Shown here piece by piece: positions 51,156-61,817 of a DNA stretch of 64,000 nucleotides (its first letter is position 1; each line of letters begins with the position of its first letter). A model generated the notes under the pieces. That model ran no database searches. It was given only the letters and a program-made list of their open reading frames with translations, and was not told the origin of the DNA. The translations under genes were made by a program, and so were the position numbers. The stretch is from an uncultured delta proteobacterium (GTDB taxonomy: Bacteria > Desulfobacterota > Desulfobacteria > Desulfobacterales > Desulfatirhabdiaceae), in the NCBI GenBank assembly GCA_963789395.1, contig CAWBKP010000022.1, positions 96,001 through 160,000 of the forward strand. The letters run 5' to 3'.

Positions 51156-52594
51156 TTATCCTTTGACAACCGCGATGGGGCGAAGTCTTGCCACTTTTCG
51201 GGAAATGCCGGCCCCGTGAACCGCTTCCACCACCTGTGAGACGTTTTTGTAGGCATCCGGCATTTCCTCGGACAGCGTGGACCTTCCGGTCCATCGCACC
51301 AGAATGCCCTTGTCTTCCAGCTCCCGGTGAATGGATCTGCCTTTGCTGGCCTTCTGGGCTGCGGATCGGCTCAGGACCCGGCCTGCGCCGTGGCAGGTGG
51401 ATCCGAAGGTTTCGCTCATGGCTTTGTCTGTTCCCACCAGAACATAGGAAGCGGTTCCCATATCTCCGGGGACGATGACGGGCTGGCCGATGTGGCGATA
51501 ATTCCCGCGAAGGGACGGATGTCCCGGCGGAAAAGAGCGGGTGGCGCCTTTGCGGTGAACGCAGACTGTCAGGGCTTTACCGCCGATCTCATGCACTTCT
51601 TTTTTTGCGATATTGTGGCAGACATCATAGATCAGGCGAAATCCCAGGTTTTTCGGCCCGATTTGCAGCACATTTTCAATGATTCTTCGGCTGTGGTGCA
51701 TCAGAACCTGTCGGTTTGCCCAGGCGTAGTTGGCGGCGCAGGCCATGGCCCGGAAATAGCGCTTGCCTTCCTCGGAACCGATCATGGCGCAGGCCAGCTG
51801 CCGGTCAACCAGTTTGAAATCGCGTTTATGGGACAGCTTGTTCATCAGTGCCAGGTAATCATCGCAGACCTGATACCCCAGGCCCCGGGAGCCTGAATGC
51901 AGCATCACGGTGACCTGGCCTTCAAACAGGCCGAACCCCCTTGCGGTATCCGGGTCAAAAACAGCATCCACGACGCCGATCTCAAGAAAATGATTGCCGG
52001 AGCCAAGGGTTCCAAGCTGTTTTTTCCCCTGTCCAGGGCGCGTTCGCTCAGCTCGGAAGGGTCGGCATCGGGCAGGCATCCGCCGTCTTCGGTGTGATCC
52101 AGGTCGGCCGCTTCCCCGAGGCCCTGGCGAACGGCCCACTGGCTGCCGGTTTTCAGGACCTGTTTTTCATCGGAAGCGGACAGCTTGACCGAGCCGGTCG
52201 ATCCGACCCCGCAGGGGATGTTCTGGTACAGGGCGTTCACCAGCGCTTCGAGCCTGGGCCGAACCTCCGGTTCCGTTAGGGATGTGCCGGCCAGGCGAAC
52301 CCCGCAGTTGATGTCGTAGCCGACCCCTCCCGGAGAAATGATGCCGGTCTCCCAGTCAAAGGCCGCAACCCCGCCGATGGGAAACCCATATCCCCAGTGC
52401 ATGTCCGGCATGGCAAGAGACGCTTCGATGATTCCGGGAAGGGTGGCCACGTTGGCCACCTGCGAAAAGGCTTCCTGGCTGTCTGCGGCCGTCAGCAGGG
52501 AAGCGCTGGCATACACCCTGCCCGGAACCCGCATATCCCCGGTTCGGGGGATTTCCCACCGGTAGTCGTCAAGCTGCTTGAGTGCGATCGTCAT
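51156..52594 (-). CDS. rtcB: RNA ligase RtcB (frameshift at the T6 tract 52020-52025)
   Basis: MPDMHWGYGFPIG, GYDINCG, GSGNHFLE, HSGSRG, HNIA, HRKGAT, HGAGR; the catalytic motifs are all present. Confidence 0.95.
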
Positions 52595-52608
52595 GGCTGT
52601 CCTTATTG

Positions 52609-53736
52609 CTAAAACCCCAGAGATTGCTGTTTGGGAATGGCCGAACGCCGAACTCTCGGCGGTGTTTCGGCTGGCGGCAGGGTAGCGTTTTCAGATATCT
52701 TCCGGTACGATACCCGTATCCTGTCCTTGGGCTCCATCAGAATTTCCTGGATTTCATAAAGTGTCATGTTGATTTCCTGCCGGGTCATTACCGGAAATCC
52801 ATGATGGCTGCTCACATATTTCAGCGGTTTATCCCGTTCCCGGCATTCTGCGATAAACGCATGGTGCGCAGCGACCCGCTCGGAGATCCGGGCGTTGAGA
52901 AATGAACAGGAGTTCCGGATCTGATCCGTGATCACATCCTTGAACGCTTTGTCCAGTTCAACCCCGATACTGTTCCGGCAGGCAGCCATGGCAGCCAGGA
53001 TGGTGGTTCCGGTTCCCAGAAACGGATCCAGAACCGTGTCTCCCTTTACAGAGTACATGTGAATCATCCGGTACGCCAGCTCCAGGGGGAAAGCCCCGCT
53101 TCGCTTGCGTACGTTGTCGCTGTTCAGCTTCTGGGTCGTTCCCTTGAAGTCCCAGATATCCGAAAACCATTTGTTCCGCTCTTCCCAGAAATAGGCGCTT
53201 TCCTGGCGGGCCAGTTTATCCGCTTCGGAATCAAAGCGGCGTTTGCCGCCTTTTCGAAACACCAATACAAATTCGTGCTCCAGGGTGATATAGGCCCCTG
53301 CAGGAAGCATCCCTGAGCCCATGAATTTATTCGGGGCATTGGTCTGCTTGCGCCACAATATCACGGGCAGGGCATCAAAGCCGATGCTTGTACAAAAAGA
53401 AAGTATCCGGGAGTGGTTTGAAAAAAGCTGAAACTTCTCATCAATGGTCCGGACGGCATCCCCGATGTTGATGCAGAGAAACGCGCCGTTCTTCAGCACG
53501 CGGTACATCTCCTTCCATACGGCATCCAGTTCTTCGTGCATCAGGGAAAACGCCGCATTCCCCTTTTCGCGGTCAAGCGCCTCTTTGATGGGACTGGAAA
53601 GAGATTTAAACAGCTCATCCCACATCTGAATCATCGGATAGGGCGGCGATGTCACCACCAGATCAATGGATTGATCCGGAATTTTGGAGATTTTTTTGGC
53701 ATTGCAAAACATGAACTGGTGTTCCGTGGTGGTCAC
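52609..53736 (-). CDS. Site-specific DNA methyltransferase, N4-cytosine type (beta motif order)
   Basis: DLVVTSPPY (motif IV) precedes VLDPFLGTGTT (motif I); no restriction endonuclease next to it. Confidence 0.9.
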   Translation of the reverse strand: MTTTEHQFMFCNAKKISKIPDQSIDLVVTSPPYPMIQMWDELFKSLSSPIKEALDREKGNAAFSLMHEELDAVWKEMYRVLKNGAFLCINIGDAVRTIDEKFQLFSNHSRILSFCTSIGFDALPVILWRKQTNAPNKFMGSGMLPAGAYITLEHEFVLVFRKGGKRRFDSEADKLARQESAYFWEERNKWFSDIWDFKGTTQKLNSDNVRKRSGAFPLELAYRMIHMYSVKGDTVLDPFLGTGTTILAAMAACRNSIGVELDKAFKDVITDQIRNSCSFLNARISERVAAHHAFIAECRERDKPLKYVSSHHGFPVMTRQEINMTLYEIQEILMEPKDRIRVSYRKISENATLPPAETPPRVRRSAIPKQQSLGF

Positions 53737-53756
53737 AAAATTACCCTTTCAATTGA

Positions 53757-54171
53757 TTAAACATCGAAAATAACGCTGGCTTCCCATCCCGCGGGAGATT
53801 GGGTCACCTGTATGCGATGATAGGTGACAGCCTTGATTTCATGATTCAGGCGATGCAGAGTGGTATTAAATGCGCTCACCGCGAATATTGGCACTCACCA
53901 TGAATTCTGAGATTTCCAATACCTCGATTTCCTTGACCAGCAGTTCCTTGCCGGTCCACAAATAAAGCAGTTCCCGCAGCCAGTTGACCATAAGATCCGG
54001 CCAGTCCGAACCGGATACCTGAACCGAATGTTCGAAGCCGGATTTCACAAGACTGATATCGGCGATCAGGTCGAAAAGGGCCATCCCGGCGTTTTCAAAA
54101 AGCGCTTTCAAATCCTTTCCAAACACCTGAATGCCGCAGTCCGCAGTCGGGTCCATTCGCCTGTACGTCAT
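53757..54171 (-). CDS. Archease (frameshift near 53870)
   Basis: D.TAD...G..L..LFENA, LMVNWLRELLY; the shifted frame ends EIKAVTYH...VIFDV*. Confidence 0.9.
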
Positions 54172-54197
54172 TTCATGTCCTTGCGGCTGTCCTTGGA

Positions 54198-56054
54198 TCA
54201 AACCGATTCAAGATCGGCAAGCTGCTGATCAAACTGTTTTTTTCCTTCCTCGTAAGCAGCAGTGAGGGTTTCCAGCTCACCGAACAGGGATTCAATCCGC
54301 TGCTGGGAATGATGAATTTCCTGAGACAGTTTGACGATTCTGGGGCCGTCATTCTCCTGGGTTGCAGCCGTCATGGCATGGCTGGAATCCGCGATCCGGG
54401 CTTCATGGTGTTCGATATCGTTTTCAATGGCGGAAAGACGTTTTTCCATGGGCTTCAGGCTTTTGGACCTGCGGGTGATGATTTCAGAGCGCAGTTTGCG
54501 GATCTGTTTGGAAGACAGCCGGTCAACAGGAGGGGATTCGGCAAGTTGCGCTTTTTCCGGAGTTTCATCCTCCCATCCGTTTTTATCCAGAAACCGCTGA
54601 TATCCGCCTTCAAACATGGATACCCCGTCTTGGTTAAAGACAATAAGCCGCTCAGCCAGAGCATGCAGGAAAAGTTCATTGTGCGTTACCATGATCACGG
54701 TACCGTCAAAGCTGTCGATGGCTTCCAGCAGCGCGTCGCAGGACTCCATGTCCAGGTGGTTGGTGGGTTCGTCCAGTAGCAGCAGATTGACGGGCGTGAC
54801 CAGAATTTTTCCCAGCATGACCCGGCTTTTCTCGCCGCCGGACAGAACAGCGATTTTCTTTAATGCGGTTTCGCCGCCGAACATCATGGCTCCGCAGATG
54901 TTTCGGGCCAGTTGTCGGTCCACATGGGGATGGGAATAGAGAATTTCTTCCTCGACGGTCCGGCTGTCCACCAGCGACTGGATATTGGTTTGCTCAAAAA
55001 CGCCGGCAGTAATCGCCGGATGAAAGACGATATCGCCTTTTTGGGGAGTCAGGGAGCCGGCCAGAAGCTTGAGCAGGGTGGTTTTGCCTTTGCCGTTTTT
55101 TCCGATCACACAGATCCGGTCTCCGGACTGTATCGAAAAATCAAGGTCCTGGATAAGGGGCGTATCGGGGTCGAAACCAAAGTTGAGATCGCGGACCGTC
55201 ACCACATGCTTGGCGGAAAAGGGCTGGGTCTGAAATGAAAATTCAAGGTTTTTGGCCTTGTCCAGTTTTTCCTGCCGGGTCATCTTGGAAAGCGTTTTGA
55301 TGCGGGACTGCACCATGTTGGCCAGCCTGGCCTTGGCGCGGAACCGCGAAATGAAGAGCTCGATTTCCTTGCGGCGTTTTTCGTCATTCAGGCGGGTTTT
55401 TTCATACACTTCCTCGTCCAGGGCAATCTGGGCATAGTATTTTCCGGTGTCTCCGGCGATCTTCCGGACTTTCCGGCGGTGGATTCCCAGGGTGTGGGTC
55501 ACGATCTTGTCCATGAAACTGCGGTCATGGGTGATGAGCATCAGTTCATGGGGCCAGTTGATCAGAAACCGTTCGATCCAGCGTATGGAGGTGATGTCCA
55601 GGTAGTTGGTGGGCTCGTCCAGAAGCAGCAGATCGGGTTCCGAGACCAGGGCCTTTGCCAGATTCAGGCGGACCTGAAATCCTCCGGAAAATGTTTCCGG
55701 AGGCTGCTGCATGTCGTCATTGGAAAATCCCAGACCAGCCAGAATTTTCTCCGCTTTCCAGGAATGATCCTTCTCGCTTTCCATCAGACCGGTCATGGCT
55801 TCTTTCAGAACCGTTTTCATTGAAAAATCGATATGCTGCTGAACATAGCCGATGCGGTAGCCCTTCGGCATCAGAATGTTTCCGGAATCCGGCTGATCCA
55901 TGCCGGCAACCAGCCGGAACAGGGTGGTTTTCCCGTGCCCGTTCCGGCCCACCAGGCCGATCCGTTCCCGGGAATTGAGTTTAAAGCTGATGCCGTCAAA
56001 AAGAATATATTTTCCAAAACTCTTGGTAAGATTTTCAACACTGATCATGGACAA
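54198..56054 (-). CDS. ABC-F family ATP-binding protein
   Basis: Two ABC cassettes (GRNGHGKTT/FSGG/DEPTNYLD; GKNGKGKTT/LSGGE/DEPTNHLD), no TM domain, C-terminal coiled coil. Confidence 0.93.
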   Translation of the reverse strand: MSMISVENLTKSFGKYILFDGISFKLNSRERIGLVGRNGHGKTTLFRLVAGMDQPDSGNILMPKGYRIGYVQQHIDFSMKTVLKEAMTGLMESEKDHSWKAEKILAGLGFSNDDMQQPPETFSGGFQVRLNLAKALVSEPDLLLLDEPTNYLDITSIRWIERFLINWPHELMLITHDRSFMDKIVTHTLGIHRRKVRKIAGDTGKYYAQIALDEEVYEKTRLNDEKRRKEIELFISRFRAKARLANMVQSRIKTLSKMTRQEKLDKAKNLEFSFQTQPFSAKHVVTVRDLNFGFDPDTPLIQDLDFSIQSGDRICVIGKNGKGKTTLLKLLAGSLTPQKGDIVFHPAITAGVFEQTNIQSLVDSRTVEEEILYSHPHVDRQLARNICGAMMFGGETALKKIAVLSGGEKSRVMLGKILVTPVNLLLLDEPTNHLDMESCDALLEAIDSFDGTVIMVTHNELFLHALAERLIVFNQDGVSMFEGGYQRFLDKNGWEDETPEKAQLAESPPVDRLSSKQIRKLRSEIITRRSKSLKPMEKRLSAIENDIEHHEARIADSSHAMTAATQENDGPRIVKLSQEIHHSQQRIESLFGELETLTAAYEEGKKQFDQQLADLESV

Positions 56055-56076
56055 ACTTTCTGTAAATGTTCATGTA

Positions 56077-56143
56077 AATAGACAATGGGCGATAGGCTAT
56101 GGGGTGATAGATGATGGTTCTATCGCCCATAGCCTATTGCCTC
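56077..56143. repeat. Long hairpin built from degenerate heptamer units
   Basis: ATAGGCTATGGGGTGATAGA pairs with TCTATCGCCCATAGCCTAT; units AATAGAC/AATGGGC/GATAGGC/TATGGGG. Confidence 0.65.
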
Positions 56144-56152
56144 TGGCCTGTT

Positions 56153-57706
56153 TTATCTGGGATAACCGGTGATTTCCCGGATCCGTTTGTAAAAGGGTTT
56201 GAGTTTGCGGTACATTTTCTTGTAGATATCCCGGTAAAGGTCCTCATACAGCTGGTGCACATTCATGTCCGGCTCAAAGACATCCCCGATATGGGTCATG
56301 GCCTTTACCGCCGATGAAAAATCGCTGTGAAGCTCCAATCCGACCGCCGCGTCGATGGCAGCACCCAGGCCAGAGGTTTCATAGAGCCTGGGTCTGGCAG
56401 CCGGCAGGCCGAAGATATCCGCCGTGATCTGCATGGCGCACCGGCTCTGGGAGCCGCCGCCGGAGACGCGAAGGCTGGTGATGGGGATGTGGGTTTTTTT
56501 CTCGATCCGCTCCTTTCCTTCCCGCAGCGCATAGGCCAGGCCTTCCAGGATCGAGCGGTAAAGATGAGCCCGGGAGTGGACATCGCCAAAGCCGATAATG
56601 GCGCCTTTGGCTTCCGGGCCGGGCAGCTTGACTCCCGGGGTCCAGTATGGCTGTAAAATCAGCCCCATGGCGCCGGGAGGCACGGCTTCAACAAGCTTTT
56701 CAAACAGGGCCTCTGGCGCAAGACCCTGCTGGGCGGCCTGCTGCAGTTCCGGGTATCCGAATTCCTCCTTGAACCAGCTCACCATCCAGTATCCCCGGTA
56801 AATCTGGACTTCCAGGGTATGAAACCCCGGAACAGCCGCCGGGTAGGGGGGTAGCAGGGGAATGGCTTCCACGTATTTTTTGTGGGTGACGTTGATGGTT
56901 GCGGTGGTGCCATAACTGAGGCAGCCGACGCAAGGATCCAGACTTCCCGAGCCGATGACCTCACAGGCCTTGTCGGCGGCTGCGGCAATGACCGGAAGGC
57001 CGGCGGGAATGCCTGTGGCATCCGCAGCAGCGGGGGTGATTTTGCCAAGCTGCTGTGTGGCGGGAACGAGTTCGGGAAGAACCGCCGGGTCCATGGGAAC
57101 GCAAAGCCATTTCCAGTCCCAGCTTCTGGCCCAGCAATGATTCCGGTAATCAAAGGGAAGATAGCCCACCTGACATCCGATGGCGTCCACAAATTCTCCT
57201 GTCAGCCGGAACGTCAAAAACCCGGAAAGCAGCAGGTATTTGTGCGTTGCCCGCCAGATGTCCGGCTGGTAGGTCCGGATCCAGTTGGCTTCTGCTTCGG
57301 CCTGAAAATAAGCGATGGTGTCGCCCAGGCGTGCTGCTTTGAAAATCAGGCCCCAGGGTCCCCGTAGGGGAAGCTGGCCAAGGGTTTTACGCTGATCCAG
57401 CCAGAGCATGGCCGGACGAAGGGGCTTTCCGGATGCATCCACGTTGACGACCGTTCCCCGCTGGCTGGTGAGCGAAATTCCCGCGATGCGTTCTTTTTGA
57501 ATAATGCCATTATCCCAGATTTTCCGGCAGGCCCGGCACAGTGACTTCCAGAAAATCTCCGGGTCCTGCTCGGCCCACCCGGGGTGCTCGGAAAAATAAG
57601 GGGTAAACAGAACCTGTTCCCTGTCGAGGAGATTGCCGTTTAAATCAAACACCAGGGCTTTCAGGCTCTGGGTTCCGCAGTCAATTGCCAGAAGAAGGTC
57701 CTTCAT
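56153..57706 (-). CDS. FGGY-family carbohydrate kinase
   Basis: AIDCGTQS, GWAEQDP, SQRGT, WLDQR, EGLAY, VSGGGSQS. Confidence 0.92.
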   Translation of the reverse strand: MKDLLLAIDCGTQSLKALVFDLNGNLLDREQVLFTPYFSEHPGWAEQDPEIFWKSLCRACRKIWDNGIIQKERIAGISLTSQRGTVVNVDASGKPLRPAMLWLDQRKTLGQLPLRGPWGLIFKAARLGDTIAYFQAEAEANWIRTYQPDIWRATHKYLLLSGFLTFRLTGEFVDAIGCQVGYLPFDYRNHCWARSWDWKWLCVPMDPAVLPELVPATQQLGKITPAAADATGIPAGLPVIAAAADKACEVIGSGSLDPCVGCLSYGTTATINVTHKKYVEAIPLLPPYPAAVPGFHTLEVQIYRGYWMVSWFKEEFGYPELQQAAQQGLAPEALFEKLVEAVPPGAMGLILQPYWTPGVKLPGPEAKGAIIGFGDVHSRAHLYRSILEGLAYALREGKERIEKKTHIPITSLRVSGGGSQSRCAMQITADIFGLPAARPRLYETSGLGAAIDAAVGLELHSDFSSAVKAMTHIGDVFEPDMNVHQLYEDLYRDIYKKMYRKLKPFYKRIREITGYPR

Positions 57707-57714
57707 TCGCTGGG

Positions 57715-60496
57715 TTACGCCATGCCGCGAAGCACGTAATTGAGGATGCCGCCATGCTGGTAATACGTGACTTCAACCGGGGAATCCAGGCGGGCAATGA
57801 CCTGGAAACGGACTTGGGTTCCATCCGGGTGTTCCGCAATGACCGGCAGTTCTTTTCCGGGAGAAAGATCCGATGCGATCCCCGTGATCCGGTAGGTTTC
57901 GGTTCCGGTCAGGCCAAGGGATTCATGGCTGTCGCCGGGTTTGAACTGAAGCGGCAGAACCCCCATGCAGACCAGATTGCTTCGGTGAATCCGCTCAAAG
58001 CTCTCCGCGATAACCGCCCGGATCCCCAGAAGCAGCGTGCCTTTGGCGGCCCAGTCCCGGGAGCTTCCGGTGCCGTATTCTTTTCCGGCCAGAACCAGCA
58101 GCGGCGTGCACGCGTCCCGGTATTTCATGGCCGCATCGTAAATGGTCATTTTTTCGCCATCCGGCAGCCACAGGGTCCATCCGCCATCCACGCCCGGAAC
58201 CAGTCTGTTTTTCAGGCGGATATTGGCAAAGGTTCCCCGCATCATTACCTCGTGGTTGCCGCGCCGGGCGCCGTAGGAATTAAAATCCGGCGGCGATATG
58301 TTCTGGGCGATCAGGTACTTTCCAGCAGGGCTATTGGTGGGAATGGCGCCGGCAGGCGAAATGTGATCGGTGGTGACGCTGTCGCCCAGCAGGGCCAGAA
58401 CCCGTGCGTCCTGAATGTCCAGGATGGGTTCAGGCACAGGGGTGGTGTGGCGGAAAAATGGCGGCTCCTTGATGTAGGTGGATGCCTCGTCCCACGGGTA
58501 AAGGGCATATTCGGGGGTGGGAAGGGCCTGCCAGCTGGCGTCTCCGTCAAAAACAGTCGCATAAGCGCTTTGATAGCGGTCCGGGGTGTTGAAGGACGCG
58601 ACTTTTTCCTGGATTTCTGCAAAAGAAGGCCAGATATCCTTGAGATAGACCGGGGCGCCATCGACGCCCGATCCCAGCGGCTCGGTTTCAAATTGGATAT
58701 CCACGGTACCGGCAATGGCATACGCAACGACAAGGGGAGGGGAGGCCAGGAAATTGATCCGGGTCAGGGGATTGATTCTGCCCTCGAAATTGCGGTTTCC
58801 GCTCAGCACGGATGCCACGACCAGATCATGCTCCTTGATGGCCTGCGAAATGGCATCGTCAAGCGGTCCGCTGTTTCCGATACACGTGGTGCATCCGAAG
58901 GCGACCAGATAAAAACCCAGGCGTTCCAGATACGGCAGGAGTCCGGCGGATGCCAGATAGTCAATGGCCACTTTGGAGCCGGGTGCAAGGCTCGTTTTGA
59001 CCCAGGGCTTGACGGACAGCCCCAGCTCCACGGCCCGTTTGGCCAGAAGCCCTGCAGCCATCAGGACGGACGGGTTGGAGGTGTTGGTGCAGCTTGTGAT
59101 GGCCGCAATCACCACGGCCCCATGATCGATATTCACCGGTACGCCGTCAAGGGTGATTTGCTTGCCGTTTTTATGCGGAAGCAAACAGGCGTCATCGCTT
59201 GCTGCATCAGGCTCTTCCAACGACGGCCTGCCGCCTTCATGCTCCCATAATGCCATCATTCCATGCGGTTTCGGCTCTACGCCGCACGACTCAATAAGAA
59301 ATTGATCAAAAACCGGTTTCATTTCTTTGAGAAGCACCCGGTCCTGAGGGCGCTTGGGGCCGGCCAGGCAGGGTTCGACGGATCTCCAGATTCAGACTGA
59401 CGGTGTCGCTGTAAACCGGGACCGGCGAAGCATCGGAGCGGAAAAGCCCCTGGGTTTTGCAGTAACTTTCGACTATCCGAAGCGTCTTTTCAGGTCTTCC
59501 GGTCAGCCGAAGATAGCGAAGGGTTTTTTCATCCACGGGGAAAAAGCCCATGGTGGCGCCGTATTCAGGGGACATATTGGCGATGGTTGCCCGGTCCTCG
59601 AGACTCAGTTCCAGAACACCGGGGCCGAAAAACTCGACAAATTTTCCCACAACGCCTTTTTTTCTCAGCATCTGCGTGATCGTCAGCACCAGATCGGTTG
59701 CCGTGGTTCCTCTGGCGGGTTTTCCCTCCAGTTTAAAACCGATCACCTGAGGCGTCAGCAGATAATATGGCCTTCCCAGCATGACGGCCTCGGCCTCGAT
59801 GCCGCCGACCCCCCATCCCAGAACCCCCAGGCCGTTTATCATGGTGGTGTGAGAGTCCAGGCCGACAAGCGTATCCGGATATGCCACCGGTCCCAGGGGG
59901 CTGTCTGCCACGCAGACCCCCCTTGCCAGGTATTCGAGATTGACCTGGTGGCAGATGCCGGTGGCAGGGGGTACCACGCTGAAATTCTGAAAGCTTTTTT
60001 GCCCCCAACGCAGAAACGCATACCGTTCGGAATTTCGGCGGTAGTCGAATTCCGTGTTCCGGGAGGCAGCATCCGATGATCCAAAAACATCCACCTGAAC
60101 CGAGTGGTCAATCACGAGTTCGGCGGGGATCAACGGGTTGATTTTCGAGCAGTTTCCGTAAAGCCGCTGGGCTGCATCCCGCATGGCAGCAAGATCCACA
60201 ATGGCCGGCACACCCGTAAAGTCCTGAAGCAGGACCCTTGCCGGCATGAACGGCACCTCGCCGGCGGACTGGGCGGACTGTCCCCACAACGCCATATTTT
60301 CGATATCCCGGGAGGTGACCAGCAGGCCGTCTTCATGGCGCAGCAGGTTTTCCAGAAGAATTCGAATGCTGTAAGGAAGCCGGTCGATACCCGAAAAGCC
60401 GGCCTTTTCGAGCAAGCTCAGGCTGTAGCAGGTTAACTGGCCTTCATCCGTTTTCAGTATGGATCGGGTGCCAAAGCTGTTGGGATGTTCTGCCAT
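57715..60496 (-). CDS. acnA: Aconitate hydratase A (frameshift near 59385)
   Basis: [63 protein letters not shown]. Confidence 0.95.
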
Positions 60497-60757
60497 GTGA
60501 AATCCTCCTGATTTCTTGATAATGGGGTGTAACATGAAATGAAAATAATAAATTATTTTCCAAGATCATATAAAATAATATCAGAAACGACAACAGATTT
60601 CCGCCTGCGATTATCCCTTGACCTGGATTGAGAGAAAGCATATTCAATAAACACTTCGGTTGGTTGACAAGGCAAATGGTTGTTTCGGGATCTGTGCCAA
60701 TCCATCATCAAGTTTTTTTTGATATGAATCCACCAAGTTTTCAAGTGAGATTGACGA

Positions 60758-61534
60758 ATGATATCCTCAACTGACTTCCGTTTGAAATTTCCGGCTGTTA
60801 TTTGTCGGTTCTCTTTTGGTAGGAGAACCTCGTATTCCCTGATTTTTTTCATCATGCTGCTTTGTGCAAGCAGTGCGTCGGCATTTTTCAGCGATGGCAA
60901 AATTGATGATGATTTTTCGTATCGATCCCTGCGGGTTGAAATTCTGAAAACCAAACGTGGCGGGTGTTATCTTGAGGGCGAAATTTTAAACAAAACGAAA
61001 ATTGTCCAGGAAGATATTTCGGTTACGGTTTATGCCTATGATTATTTTGACCATTCTTTATGGAAAGAAATGGTAAAGATTGATATTGTGGATCCTTTTT
61101 ATAACAGCGGTAAAGGCTATATTTTCCGGAAAAAAATGCGCAGTTGCGAAGTGCCGGCAAAATTTCGATTCAAAGTAACCGGGGTTAAGAAACAAGAGGC
61201 CAAAAAGGGGATTCCGGCTAAACCTGAACACAAAAAATCCGTTTCGAAGAATAGCAGGCAAAAAGATGATTCAGGCGCTGTTGATGTTCACTCAGGTCAT
61301 GGCAAGAGCCCGAGTGTCTCGCAGCCACTGGATAATTCAGCACTAAATGATGGCATATCGGATTCTGTATCGCCGGTTGTCCCTGCCCGGAGATATCTGA
61401 TCATCTTGACGAACGGGAAGGAAATAATCACGGATTCTTGTCGGGAAGCGGACGATGCGGTGTTTTTTTATCGAAATGGCGGTGAAGTCAGAATAAACAG
61501 GGATCAGGTGTCTGAAATCCGGAAACTGGATTGA
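60758..61534 (+). CDS. Exported hypothetical protein (start uncertain)
   Basis: Signal-like segment ending ASA; low-complexity linker; short C-terminal domain YLIILTNG...GGEV.I....V..I. Confidence 0.6.
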   Translation: MISSTDFRLKFPAVICRFSFGRRTSYSLIFFIMLLCASSASAFFSDGKIDDDFSYRSLRVEILKTKRGGCYLEGEILNKTKIVQEDISVTVYAYDYFDHSLWKEMVKIDIVDPFYNSGKGYIFRKKMRSCEVPAKFRFKVTGVKKQEAKKGIPAKPEHKKSVSKNSRQKDDSGAVDVHSGHGKSPSVSQPLDNSALNDGISDSVSPVVPARRYLIILTNGKEIITDSCREADDAVFFYRNGGEVRINRDQVSEIRKLD

Positions 61535-61679
61535 ATTTTGCGTTGTGGCACGAAATCGTGGAAAATCCGGAAGCTTGAAAGGGTAATGATTTAAGAAAAC
61601 ACGATATTCACCATTATACAATCGAAAAGCGATGAGATTTATGATGGTACAGGGTTTGTTTGAAACCTGTCATTTCTTG

Positions 61680-61708
61680 TTGACAGGAAATGCCAAGTTG
61701 ACTATAGG
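61680..61708 (+). promoter_or_regulatory. Sigma70 promoter of the dsrTMK operon
   Basis: TTGACA-17 bp-TATAGG. Confidence 0.6.
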
Positions 61709-61817
61709 CAAAGTCTTAAATGTTTCGCTGATGCGGCGCCCGGAAAAGTGCCCCTGACCGCGTTTCATTTTGAAAAAACCGATCACAGGTTAACGGAATG
61801 AGGAGTGCCTTTTTTAT

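Noticed and set aside
51156..52594. Intein or intron in rtcB
   Set aside because: The merged length of about 480 codons is normal and there are no splicing motifs.
52609..53736. Complete restriction-modification system
   Set aside because: Both neighbours are identified (archease, rtcB) and there is no room for an endonuclease gene.
57685..59250. 521-aa plus-strand ORF
   Set aside because: Antisense shadow of acnA with no recognisable motifs.
61546..61561. Sigma54 promoter for dsrT (TGGCACG)
   Set aside because: The -12 position reads TG rather than GC, and a good sigma70 promoter lies downstream.
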